Program-made: the position numbers and the translations under genes
NCBI GenBank assembly: GCA_964016885.1
Contig: OZ024740.1
Coordinates: forward strand, 11,408,001-11,472,000
Direction of reading: 5' to 3'
DNA from: Eledone cirrhosa
Taxonomy: Eukaryota
Length of the DNA: 64,000 nucleotides
The notes under the pieces: model-generated
Databases searched by the model: none
The model's input: only the letters and a program-made list of their open reading frames with translations
Told to the model about the DNA's origin: nothing
Shown here: in pieces, positions 51,867 through 63,900 of the stretch
Layout: every line of letters begins with the position of its first letter
Numbering within the stretch: the first letter of the stretch is position 1

Positions 51867-51991
51867 ATATATACATATATATATATATACATATGTATGT
51901 ATATATATATATGTATGTATATATATATATATATGTATATATATATGTACATGTATATATATGTATGTATATATATATATGTATATATATA

Positions 51992-52557
51992 TCATCATCA
52001 TCATCAACGCTTAACGTCCGTGTTCCACGCTTGCATGGGTTTGGACGGGGGTAATCCCACTTGAGGCAAGAGTGATTGTCTTGCTCGCATAGGACTGTCT
52101 GGCAGGTTTTCTACAGTTGGATGCCCTTCCTAACACCAACCACATTTACAGTGTGGGTCTGGGAGGTTTTTACCGTGTTGCCTACACGGCCACATTACAG
52201 CGTGGACTGTGTGTTTTTTTGTCGTGACACCTACACGATCTCATTTGTTTCGGCCTGGATGGTGTGGCACCAACATAACTTTACATAGAACGGGGTGGTG
52301 TGGATGGGGTTGGGGTGGTGAGACCAGGGGGGGGGGGTATTTTGTTAGAGATGCCTACTGGCTGTAGTAGGTTTTACTATGTATTTAGATAAGGCGGGTC
52401 TTCTCTGTTACTGAGTACCGCCAAAGGTCTCGGTCCAGTGACATTGTCTTGGAGAGGTGTAAGTGTGTGAGGTCGGAGTTTATCAGCTCGTCCCATCACG
52501 TGTCCATACCAACGTAGCCTTCTCTTGAGTAAACAACATCTGATCCCTCTTATTTCT
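51992..52557 (-). mobile_element. RTE/RTEX-like 3' fragment with internal deletion, tail-to-tail with copy 3
   Basis: (CAT)n, 3' UTR, then IRGIRCCLLKRRLRWYGHVM. Confidence 0.88.
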
Positions 52558-52597
52558 ATATGTATATATACATATACATACATATATATATATATAC

Positions 52598-53188
52598 ATG
52601 GTGGCTGCCAACTCGTTTTCGAGTATGGCCACTACTTTATATCCATGTAGGAGAACTCGTACCGATGCGCTGAGTGTGACCTTTTAGTCCAGCCAGCGAC
52701 TTGAAAACTCTGGTACAAACATTACACTTGTGACAATTATTGATACATAGTGCTGGGCCCATGGTACCATGTGACGACAAGTGCAGAGAGATCTCCAGAT
52801 ATAAAGCAATGCCTGTGCCGTGAAGCTTTTATAGTGAGCAGAAGCATTGCACAAAGCCAGTCCCACTCTCTTAACCAAGATGATATTTACCAAAAAGAAG
52901 AACAAGTCAACATCATTGGATACCATCAGAGTTGCAGGTGTTATATCAGAGTTTTCCTTCTCCTAGAAGGCTAAGGGATCATCTCTCCCGGTGATTTTGG
53001 ATGGCCATTGACTCTTAAGAGCTCCTTTGCCCTTTGACAGGTTTTGTTTTTAGTCCTGCAGGATGTCCAAAGTCAGCCTCCTCACCAAGAAACCTTGGTG
53101 GGGTTGCCAGTTTAGTCGCCAACGACCCAACCATGAGACAGGTTGTACTGGCATACATGTTACCAGTAGCACCAACTGGTGACCTGAC
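52598..53188 (-). mobile_element. Non-autonomous bipartite RTE-derived element, apparently complete (about 590 bp)
   Basis: Paralog of 43856-44353 with extra 5' sequence; RTE 5' UTR motif TAGGAGAAGGAAAACTCTGATATAACACC and RTE-like 3' terminus. Confidence 0.78.
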
Positions 53189-53223
53189 ATAATATACATA
53201 TATATATACATACATATATATAT

Positions 53224-53281
<58 letters not shown>

Positions 53282-53390
53282 GTATATATATATACATACA
53301 TATATATATATATATATATACATATATATATGTATATATATGTATATATATATACATACATATATATATATATATATATACATACATATA

Positions 53391-53442
<52 letters not shown>

Positions 53443-53841
53443 CATATACGTACATATATATATATACATACATATATATATATACATACATATATATATA
53501 TACATACATATATATATATACATACATATATATATATATATATACATACATACGTATGTATGTATGTATATATATATATGTATATATATATATGTATATA
53601 TATATGTATGTATATATGTATGTATATGTATGTATGTATGTATGTATATGTATGTATATATATATATGTATGTATGTATGTATATGTATATATATGTATG
53701 TATATGTATGTATGTATGTATATGTATATATATATATGTATGTATGTATATGTATATATATATATGTATGTATATATATATATGTATGTATATATATATG
53801 TATATATATATGTGTATATATATATGTATATATATATGTAA

Positions 53842-55509
53842 GAGAAGTACCTAGCTAAAGGTAAACCCCTCTACTTAGCTTTTGTCGACTTGGAGAAAGC
53901 CTTCGACAGAGTCCCCCGCTCCATTATCTGGTGGGCTCTTAGAAAACTAGGCGTTGACGAATGGCTTGTGAGGGCTATACAAGCCATGTATAAAGAAACA
54001 GTCAGCAAGGTTAGAATTAACAACGAATATAGTGAAGAGTTTAGCGTAAAAGTCGGCGTCCATCAGGGCTCTGTTCTCAGTCCACTACTATTTATTATTG
54101 CCCTTCAGGCCATAACAGAGGAGTTCAAGACAGGCTGCCCATGGGAACTCCTATACGCAGACGACCTGACACTCATAGCGGAATCAATGGCCGAGCTAGA
54201 GAAGAAATTCCAAACATGGAAGCACGGCCTAGAGTCAAAAGGACTTAAAATTAACCTGGCTAAGACCAAAGTACTAGTTTGTAGGAAAGAAAACAAGGCG
54301 GCGGTCCCTTCTGGGAAATGGTCGTGCTCGGTGTGTAGGAAAGGCGTAGGTAGAAACTCCATTTTATGTCCTAAATGCAAAGTATGGGTGCATAAAAGAT
54401 GTAGTGGGATCACAGGTAGGCTAACTAAGAACATAGATTTTACATGTGGCCGGTGCTCTGGTGCAATAAGTAGCAGCAAGTGCCCACAAACTACTAGCTC
54501 TTTCAATTGCGCAGAGGGTTCTATAGAAATAGTGGACAGCTTCCGTTACCTGGGCGATAAAATCAGCAGTGGGGGAGGGTGCTCTGAAAGTACTGTAGCT
54601 AGAGTCAGAACTGGTTGGAAAAAGTTCAGAGAGCTTATACCACTATTAGCTGCTAAAGGGTTCTCACTAAAAATGAAAGGCAGGTTGTACGATGCCTGCA
54701 TACGAACAGCAATGCTGCATGGCAGTGAGACCTGGGCATTGTGTGCAGAGGATATACGCAGACTAGAGAGGAACGAAGCTTGCATGCTCCGCTGGATGTG
54801 TAACAGTAATATACGTGAACGGCAAAGCATAAACGAACTAAGGAATAAATTAGAGATAAGAGGGATCAGATGTTGTTTACTCGAGAGAAGGCTACGTTGG
54901 TATGGACACGTGATGCGCATGAAAGTCGATAGCTGTATAACAAAGTGCAGGGCAATAAAGATAGACGGTAGTCACGGAATAGGCAGACCTAGAAAAACCT
55001 GGGACGAGCTGATAAACTCCGACATCACACACTTACACCTCTCCAAGACAATGTCACTGGACCGAGACCTTTGGCGGTACTCAGTAACAGAGAAGACCCG
55101 CCTTACCTAAATATATAGTAAAACCTACTCCAGCCAGTGGGCATCTCTAACAAAATACACCCCGTCCCACCACCCCCACCCCCACCCGATCCACACCACC
55201 CCGTTCTATGTAAAGTTATGTTGGTGCCGCGCCATCGAGGCCGAAACAAATGAGATCGTGTAGGTGTCACGACAAAAAAACACACAGTCCACGCTGTAAT
55301 GTGGCCGTGTAGGCAACACGGTAAAAACCTCCCAGACCCACACTGTAAATGTGGTTGGTGTTAGGAAGGGCATCCAACTGTAGAAAACCTGCCAGACAGT
55401 CCTATGCGAGCAAGACAATCACTCTTGCCTCAAGTGGGACTACCCCCGTCCAAACCCATGCAAGCGTGGAACACGGACGTTAAACGTTGATGATGATGAT
55501 GATGATGAT
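53842..55509 (+). mobile_element. RTE/RTEX-like LINE copy 4 (open frame 53890-55110)
   Basis: Uninterrupted RT C-terminal half with PHD insert; 3' UTR and tail. Confidence 0.95.
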
Positions 55510-56565
55510 ATGTATATATGTATGTATGTATATATATGTATGTACGTATGTATATATATGTATGTACGTATGTATGTATATGTATGTATGTATGTATGTA
55601 CGTACGTATGGCTAGAATTCAAATTTTGCTAAGAGAAGAAAACGGTCAAATGAACTAGATACATCTCACTGTCCACACCACCACAATAACGTCTACACTC
55701 TCTCCCCACCATCACATGTCATTACCATACCATACCCTATCGAGACTAAAGTCATCGACCTGTTGTCAAACTCTCTACTCTCTGATGAATGTATATATAT
55801 ATATGTGTGTGTATGTATATGTGTGTATATACATCACTCAGTCAAACAACCAGATTTCAACCCCAACATCTACAACAACAACAACACCGGCCCTAATGTT
55901 TACAGCAACAACAGCTTCAGAATGAACTGAAATGAACATTTACAACAATTACAACAACAACAACAACAGCGGCATCAAAACATAAAAAAAGGAAGGGAAA
56001 AGAAAAAAGAAAAGGGAAGGGGAAAAAAAAAAAAAAAAAAAAAGGAGAAAAAAAAAAGAAAGGAAAAAAAAAAAAAAAAAAAACTCAAAATAACAAAACA
56101 CACACACACACACACACACACAACAGAACAACAACATCAACTGCCACCACCACCACCACCGCCACCGCCGTCGCCATCACCATCACCAGCGACCTGGCCT
56201 TAAGAACAACTTTAATAATAATTTTTCTGCTTTTGGCACGGATCCAGCGACTGGCCAGCGCATCACTGGTACTCTCTTTTGTTGACTCCGTGGAGAGACA
56301 TAACTCTATGCTGTAAAGCAATTATAGTAATACTGGACTGTAATACGATCGGCTTCAACTATACAAACTCTTGAAAGTCAACAGTTGACATAATCTGGTA
56401 ATCTTGTATCAGTAATGACGGTAATATATATATATATATATGTGTGTGTGTGCGTGTAAGTGAGTAGAGTAGCGTGTGTGTGTGTTTGTTGTGTGTGTGA
56501 GTGTTGCTGTGTGCACGCATATGTATGCGTGTGTGTGTATGTCGTACGTATAAGTGTCAATAAGT

Positions 56566-56598
<33 letters not shown>

Positions 56599-56599
56599 G

Positions 56600-56899
56600 C
56601 GGGGACATAGAAATAATCGGGCTGGATGCCCGATCGCGCAGTTAAACCACTGGGAGTGAAGAACCCCTAGCCCATGTCAGGGTATTCTTCTAGGAGAAGG
56701 CATCTCAGGAAACTGGGTTAACTCCGATATAAAACCTGCGGCTCAGTAGTTACCGATGATGTTGATCTTTTCTTCTTTTCGGGTTATAGCTACTGTCGCT
56801 CAGAGAGTGGGATTGGTTCAGTGCACAGTCTTTCCTCACTTTAAAAATATTCGTCACGCACAGGCATTGCACGAGTGCATTAATAATTATTAATAGTGT

Positions 56900-56934
<35 letters not shown>

Positions 56935-59900
56935 TATTATTACTTTTTTTTTTTTTTTTTCTCCCTTTTTTTTTTTTTTTTCCAATTCAATGATGTTCCA
57001 GAACAATGTAAACGAGATAATTGCCAATTTGGGTTCTGGAACAAAAAAGATCATTGGCAATAAGGGCAGGGGCCCCAAGTTATCACAACCTGGGCCCGCC
57101 CGTCATCGTGCCATTGTAATAGAGCCAAACAGGGCATTTAGTCTTGGCTGCTGGAACGTACGGACGCTGCTTGACAGGGATTCTTTGGAGCGTCCTGAAC
57201 GAAGGACCGCTCTTGTTGCGAAGGAGCTTCGACGTTACGATCTTGACATCGTGGCTTTGTCTGAGACGAGGTTAGCTGGAGATGGTCATCTTACGGAATT
57301 TTGTGGAGAATATACATTCTTCTGGAAAGGAAGAGATGAAGGAACCAGAAGAGAGGCTGGGGTAGGATTTGCTGTTAAGACTGTACTGGTGAATAAATTG
57401 GAAGAATTCCCAGTGGGGATTAGTGAGCGTCTTATGTCCATGAGAGTTCCGCTGGACAAGGGAAGATATGCTACCCTGGTGAGTGTGTATGCTCCAACTA
57501 TGAATTCTGTCGATGAAGAAAAACTGTCCTTTTACCATGCCTTGAAAGGTGTTTTAAGAAATATCCCTCAGGCAGACAAAGTCATCGTGCTTGGTGACTT
57601 TAATGCTAGAGTGGGTAGGGATTTTAACACATGGAATGTAATCGGAAGGCATGGGGTGGGAAAGTGTAACAGCAATGGTATGCTCTTGCTGCAGATGTGT
57701 GAGGAGCTGGATCTGTGTGTTACCAACACCATGTTCCAACAAAAGAACAAATTCAAGACCACATGGATGCATCCTGCATCTAAGGAATGGCATCTTTTGG
57801 ACTACGTCCTAGTCAGGATGCGTGACAGACAGGATGTGCGGTGTGTTCGTGTTCTTCGTGGAGCTGAGTGCTGGACGGACCACCGCCTGGTACGCGCAAA
57901 AGTGAATCTAATCACCAAACGTAAAATCCGGGCTCCTGGTGTTACCCTGCCCAAAAGATTGAATGCTGCTCGTCTTAAGGATAAAAATGTGAAGAGGACA
58001 TTGGAAGAAGAGATGCAGGCTGCAGATCTTGGTGAGGATTGGCCGACCCTTAAAAAGTCGGTTTATGATGTAGGCAGACGTGTTCTGGGATTGGTGCAGA
58101 GAAAACATCAGGACTGGTTTAATGAGAAAGATGTGCATATAGATGACTTGTTGGCTGATAAGAGGCGCGCTCTGTCACGCTACTTGACGGCAAGACCACA
58201 GGAGAGGAATACGTTGCATGAGGAGCTCAGGGATGTAAAATCACGTGTTAGGCGGAGTCTTTCTCAGATGAAGGATCAGTGGTGGAGTGAGAAGGCTGGT
58301 GAGATACAAACTGCGTCTGATTGCAATAACACAAAGCTGTTGTACAGTCTCTTGCGTGAGGTTTATGGACCGTCTTCTTCTCTGGTGACACCGATTCGCA
58401 GCAAGGATGGCAAAGAACTTCTTCGTGACTCACAGGGAATTCTACGAAGGTGGCGGGAGCACTTTGATGATCTTTTGAATCAGCCGTCTGTCGTCAGTGA
58501 AGATTTCCTCAATCTCATTCCGGAAAGTCCTGTGAAAGTAGCTCTCGCAGAGCCTCCGACACTTGTGGAGGTTGCAGTGGCTATTTCGAAGCTGAACAGT
58601 GGAAGATCTCCAGGTATGGATGGCATACATGCTGAGCTCCTACAATATGGTGGTGAGAGACTCCTGCAACATCTTCACTCTCTGTTTGGAGGGATATGGG
58701 CTAATGAATCCGTGCCTGAGGACTGGAGAGATGCAGTAATGGTGGTCTTGTACAAGGGAAAGGGTAACAGGAATGATTGTGGGAACTACAGAGGTATATC
58801 ATTGCTTTCTGTCGTGGGGAAAGTTTTATGTAGGGTGCTTCTGGACCGTCTGCTGACACACATTGCAGATTGTGTCCTTCCTGAAAGTCAATCTGGTTTT
58901 CGTGTTGGACGCGGCACTACTGATATGATCTTCTCAGCTAGACAGCTCCAGGAGAAGTGCATTGAACAGGGCTTGGATCTGTATCAGGTTTTTGTCGATC
59001 TGACAAAGGCTTTCGATACTGTCAACAGAGATGCATTATGGAAGGTTCTCCAGAAACTTGGTTGCCCTGATAAGTTCCTTGCTTTAGTTAGGTCTTTCCA
59101 TGACGACATGAGGGCTTGGGTTAATGTCGGAGGTAACATGTCGGAGCCTATCTCAGTAAAAAATGGAGTGAAACAGGGGGATATTCCAGCACCGACCCTG
59201 TTTGCCATATACTTTGCAATGGTTTTCTGTATTGCATTCAGGAATTGCGAGCATGGTGTTTACATCCGATATCGAACCTCAGGCAGCATATTTAACATCA
59301 GGCGCTTTGCTGCGAAGACAAAAGTATTTACATCAGTCATAAGAGACCTCTTGTATGCAGATGATTGCGATCTTGTAGCGCACACAGAGAGTGATATGCA
59401 GCACATTTTGAATGTATTTTCTGACGCTTGCACTGCCCTGGGTTTGACTGTCAGTCTCAAGAAAACCGTCGTCATGTACCAACCTGCACCTGGTAGGCAG
59501 TACACTGAACCAAACATCTATGTGTATGGCAAACGACTTGGAGTGGTTGATCAGTTTGTCTACCTGGGAAGCACTGTCAATCGATACGGCAACCTTGACG
59601 GTGAAATCTCACTTAGGATTAGGAAAGCAAGTGATGCTTTCGGAAAGCTAGAAAGGCGACTCTGGGGTCGGCGAGACATATGCAGGAGGACAAAGGTAAA
59701 GGTGTACAGGGCATGTGTACTCTCTTGTCTTCTTTATGCCTGCGAGACCTGGGTCACATATCGACGCCACCTTAAGCAATTGGAGCGTTTCCATCAGATG
59801 TGTCTCAGACGGATACATGGCGTTCGCTGGAGGGACCACATCAGTGATGTCGAGATTTTGGAAAGCTCTATGTGTGACAGTATAGAAGCTCTTGTGCTTA

Positions 59901-60543
59901 AGCAGCGACTCCGTTGGAGTGGTCACCTTGCCAGGATGAAGGATTCTAGAATACCAAAACAACTCTTCTATGGAGAGTTGGTTAAAGGAAAACGACCGCC
60001 ACATAAACCAAAAAAGAGGTATAAGGATTCCTTGAAGGCCTCTCTGAAAGACGCTAACATCTCTGCTGATACATGGGAAAATGTTGCTGCTGATCGTAAT
60101 AAATGGAGAAAGACTGTATATGAGGGAAAAGTTGCCTTTGAGGCATCTCGAATCGCACACGAGAAAGTAAAGCGGGACGTGAGGAAGGGTATTGCTGTTG
60201 CACTTCCAGACGGCGAGGGTCCTCCTATGTTTCTGACATGCAGCGTCTGTGCGAGACTCTGCCTAAGCAAAGCTGGACTCGAAAGTCATCTTCGCAGTCA
60301 TAAAGTAAGACCAGTGGTTGACTACCAGGCTGCTGTTGGAGATGCTACTCATCATGCTTGCCAAACATGTGGTAGAGAATGTAAATCAGCAGGAGGACTC
60401 AAGCGACATGCAAAGGTACACGAACTCCAACCACAGCCGACTATTCCCAGTAAATGTTTTGGTTGCCGACTCTGTGCAAGACATTTTGGATCATTGGCTG
60501 GGCTAAAAAGCCACATTCGATCGCAGCACTGTTAGTTGCTATC

Positions 60544-60581
<38 letters not shown>

Positions 60582-60660
60582 GCTTATGTGCGTGCGTGTG
60601 TGTGTATATATATATGAATATGTATATTATTATTGTTGTTGTCGTTATTATTATTATTGC

Positions 60661-60739
<79 letters not shown>

Positions 60740-60780
60740 TGTGCAATGGCCATACTCGATAACGAGGGGGCAGCCATCAT
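56600..60780 (+). mobile_element. Apparently full-length RTE LINE (5' boundary uncertain)
   Basis: RTE-like 5' UTR motifs at 56690-56870; intact ORF; 3' end shared with the copy at 915-1550. Confidence 0.85.
56990..60535 (+). CDS. RTE-clade LINE polyprotein: APE endonuclease, reverse transcriptase, three C2H2 zinc fingers (1181 aa)
   Basis: WNVRTL, ALSETR, VYAPT, GDFNA, LLDYV, TDH; FVDLTKAFD, GVKQG, LYADD; three CxxC..H..H fingers. Confidence 0.97.
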   Translation: MMFQNNVNEIIANLGSGTKKIIGNKGRGPKLSQPGPARHRAIVIEPNRAFSLGCWNVRTLLDRDSLERPERRTALVAKELRRYDLDIVALSETRLAGDGHLTEFCGEYTFFWKGRDEGTRREAGVGFAVKTVLVNKLEEFPVGISERLMSMRVPLDKGRYATLVSVYAPTMNSVDEEKLSFYHALKGVLRNIPQADKVIVLGDFNARVGRDFNTWNVIGRHGVGKCNSNGMLLLQMCEELDLCVTNTMFQQKNKFKTTWMHPASKEWHLLDYVLVRMRDRQDVRCVRVLRGAECWTDHRLVRAKVNLITKRKIRAPGVTLPKRLNAARLKDKNVKRTLEEEMQAADLGEDWPTLKKSVYDVGRRVLGLVQRKHQDWFNEKDVHIDDLLADKRRALSRYLTARPQERNTLHEELRDVKSRVRRSLSQMKDQWWSEKAGEIQTASDCNNTKLLYSLLREVYGPSSSLVTPIRSKDGKELLRDSQGILRRWREHFDDLLNQPSVVSEDFLNLIPESPVKVALAEPPTLVEVAVAISKLNSGRSPGMDGIHAELLQYGGERLLQHLHSLFGGIWANESVPEDWRDAVMVVLYKGKGNRNDCGNYRGISLLSVVGKVLCRVLLDRLLTHIADCVLPESQSGFRVGRGTTDMIFSARQLQEKCIEQGLDLYQVFVDLTKAFDTVNRDALWKVLQKLGCPDKFLALVRSFHDDMRAWVNVGGNMSEPISVKNGVKQGDIPAPTLFAIYFAMVFCIAFRNCEHGVYIRYRTSGSIFNIRRFAAKTKVFTSVIRDLLYADDCDLVAHTESDMQHILNVFSDACTALGLTVSLKKTVVMYQPAPGRQYTEPNIYVYGKRLGVVDQFVYLGSTVNRYGNLDGEISLRIRKASDAFGKLERRLWGRRDICRRTKVKVYRACVLSCLLYACETWVTYRRHLKQLERFHQMCLRRIHGVRWRDHISDVEILESSMCDSIEALVLKQRLRWSGHLARMKDSRIPKQLFYGELVKGKRPPHKPKKRYKDSLKASLKDANISADTWENVAADRNKWRKTVYEGKVAFEASRIAHEKVKRDVRKGIAVALPDGEGPPMFLTCSVCARLCLSKAGLESHLRSHKVRPVVDYQAAVGDATHHACQTCGRECKSAGGLKRHAKVHELQPQPTIPSKCFGCRLCARHFGSLAGLKSHIRSQHC

Positions 60781-60855
60781 GTATGTATGTATATGTATGT
60801 ATATATATGTATGTACGTATGTATGTATATATATGTATGTGTATATATATATATG

Positions 60856-60899
<44 letters not shown>

Positions 60900-60901
60900 T
60901 A

Positions 60902-63900
60902 TCATCATCATCATCACCGTTTTACGTCCGTTCTTCCACGCTAGCATGGGTTAGACGGGTTGTCCTGTTGTGGGCAGTGTCTGGTCGGCTGACCATGCCT
61001 TGCTCATACAGGAACTGATCTGGCTTGATTTCTACAGCTGGATGCCCTTCCTAACACCAACCTCATTTACAGTGAGTGCTGGGTGCTTTTTCGTGGCGCC
61101 TACACGACCACCTTGCGGGGGGGGGGGGGGCATATTGTTTATATGCTTCAGCATGTACCCATGGGAGGTCGGGTACCCTGTATTACTGCGTGACGCCAGA
61201 AGTCACGGTCGTGTGTCATTGACTTTGAGAGGTGTAGTTGGGTAAGGTCGGCTTTTATCACCTCATCCCAAGTCATCTTGGGTCGCCCCACTCCGCGGTT
61301 TCCATCAACTTCTAGTGCTCTGCACCTTTTTATGCAGCTGCCATCCTTCATACGCATCACATGTCCATACCAGCGTAACCGCCTCTCCTGCACGCAGCAT
61401 TTGATTCCTCTTATGCTCAGTCTCTCTCTCAATTCCTTTATGCTTTGTCGTTCACGTATATTACTGTTACACATCCATCGGAGCATGCAGGCTTCGTTTC
61501 TCTCTAATCTACGTAAGTCTTCCACCTTCAGCGCCCTGGTCTCACTACCATGCAACATCGCTGTTCGGATACACGCATCATACAGTCTGCCTTTCATTCT
61601 GAGGGAGAAGCCTTTTGCAGCTAGCAGTGGTAGTAGTTCTCTAAACTTCTTCCATCCCGTTCTTACCCTAGTTATTGTACTTTCTGAGCACCCACCTCCG
61701 TTGCTAATTCGGTCACCTAGGTAGCAGAAGCTGTCTACTGTTTCTACAGGGCCCTCCCAGAGATTGGTGGTACTTGTTTCCTGTGGCTGTTTGCTTGCTG
61801 TTTCAGCACAGCTGCTGCATGTGAATCCTACATTCTTAATTAAGCTTCCTGAGATCCCGCTACATCTCTTGTGTACCCATTGTTTGCATTTGGGGCAGAG
61901 AATGGAGTTCCTACCTACACCTTTCCTACATACTGAGCAAGGCCATTTCCCTGAGGGGATCTGGGTTCTGTTTTCTCGTCTACTTATAAGGACCTTAGTC
62001 TTTGTCATGTTGACTTTGAGGCCCTTTCTCTCTAGTCCCTGCTTCCAGGTTTGGAATTTATTCTCTAGTTCTACCATAGATTCAGCTATGAGTGCGAGGT
62101 CATCAGCATACAGGAGTTCCCATGGGCATCCGGTCTTAAACTCCTCCGTTATTGCCTGCAGGACTATGATGAACAGGAGAGGGCTAAGAACAGAGCCCTG
62201 GTGGACCCCAACCTGTACGCTAAATTCCTCACTATACTCATTGCCAATCCTAACTTTGCTGACTGCTCCCCTATACATGGCTTGTACCGCTTTCACAAGC
62301 CATTCATCTACTCCTAGTTTTCTAAGAGCCCACCAGATTACTGCACGTGGAACTCTGTCAAAGGCTTTCTCAAGGTCGACAAATGCCAAGTAGAGTGGCT
62401 TACTTTTAGCTAGGTACTTTTCCTTTAATTGCCTCACAAGGAAGAGGGCATCAGTGGTGCCTTTCCCTGGTACAAACCCAAATTGCATCTCGTCTATATT
62501 CACCCGGTCCCTAATCAGCTGTGCTATAACTCTTTCTGTTACTTTCATGACCTGGTCCATCAACTTTATACCTCTATAGTTTCCTCTATCTAGTGCATCG
62601 CCTTTACCTTTGTAGCAGTTGACAATGATGCTACTGCACCAATCTTTTGGTATGGCCCCCTCTAGTATTACCTGGTTAACGATACGTGTGGTTATAGTGT
62701 GACCTACAGACCCAGATGCCTTCAGCATCTCGGCAGCTATACCCGATGGACCGGTTGCCTTCCCTATCTTCATATCTCTGATTGCCTTACTTACTACGCT
62801 GCCGCTGACTTGTACTGCTGGTCCCTCTATAGGGTCTACGTGGGGTAGGGTCTCTTCTTCCCATGCATTCTCCTCATTTAGTAATCTATCATAATGACTC
62901 TTCCATGCATCTTTCTTCTCAGCACTTGTGAGGGCAAGCTCACCTTTATCATTCCGGATACACTTCTCTCCAATGACATCACAACTATCTCTGACACACT
63001 GCCTCGCAATCTTGAATACCTCCTGTTTCTGGTCCTCACGTTGTAAAACATGCTTGAATTTTCTATCCTCTGCTTCCCTCCTAGCTAAGTATACTTGTCG
63101 CCTAGCTTCCCTCTTGGTCTCTATGTAATGTACCCTGCTCCCCCCGTTCTTCCATTCTTTCCATGCCTGTCTCTTGGCCTTGACTGCTTCATCTACCTTA
63201 TTGTTCCACCACCAAGTCACTCTCCTCCTGCTTGAGGTCTTACTCCAGCCACAAACCTCATCCGTCGCCTCTAGTAAGTTATTTTTTAGGAACTCCCAGT
63301 TCTCTTCTACGTTAAATGTCTCTATCTGTTCTTCTTTACTGTCGTAGGCGTTGAGTAAAATATCTTTAAATCTGTTACTGGTTGAGGGGACTTTCAGCTT
63401 CCAGATCTTTCTTCTCCAGGTTGGCCTCTGTTTCAGGGCTCGTCTAGTTCTGACCGTGAGGTCGCTGACAACTAAGCTATGTTGGGATGTACATTCCTCA
63501 CTAGGGAAGGCTTTTGTGTTTATGACCGTCCATCTGTCACGTCCTCTGATGAGGATAAAATCTAACTGACTAGAGTGCTCCCCTGATCTATAGGTGATCA
63601 GGTGGTTGTCGGGTTTTTTAAAGTTTGTGTTACATATCGACATGTCATTGGCGTCGCAGAATTCTAGAAGTCTGAATCCTTCCTCATTCCTTGTGCCAAC
63701 TCCATGGCCTCCATGTACTCTATTGAAGCCGTCGCAGTGTTTACCTACGTGTCCGTTAAAATCTCCTGCAATGATTAGGAAGTCCTTGTCGTCTGTTAGA
63801 GCAGTAGTGTGTATTAGGGACTCGTAAAACCTATCCTTAAGTTCGTCTGGCAGCCCCGATTGGGGTGCGTAAGCTGATATTATTGTGGTAATTGTCTTAT

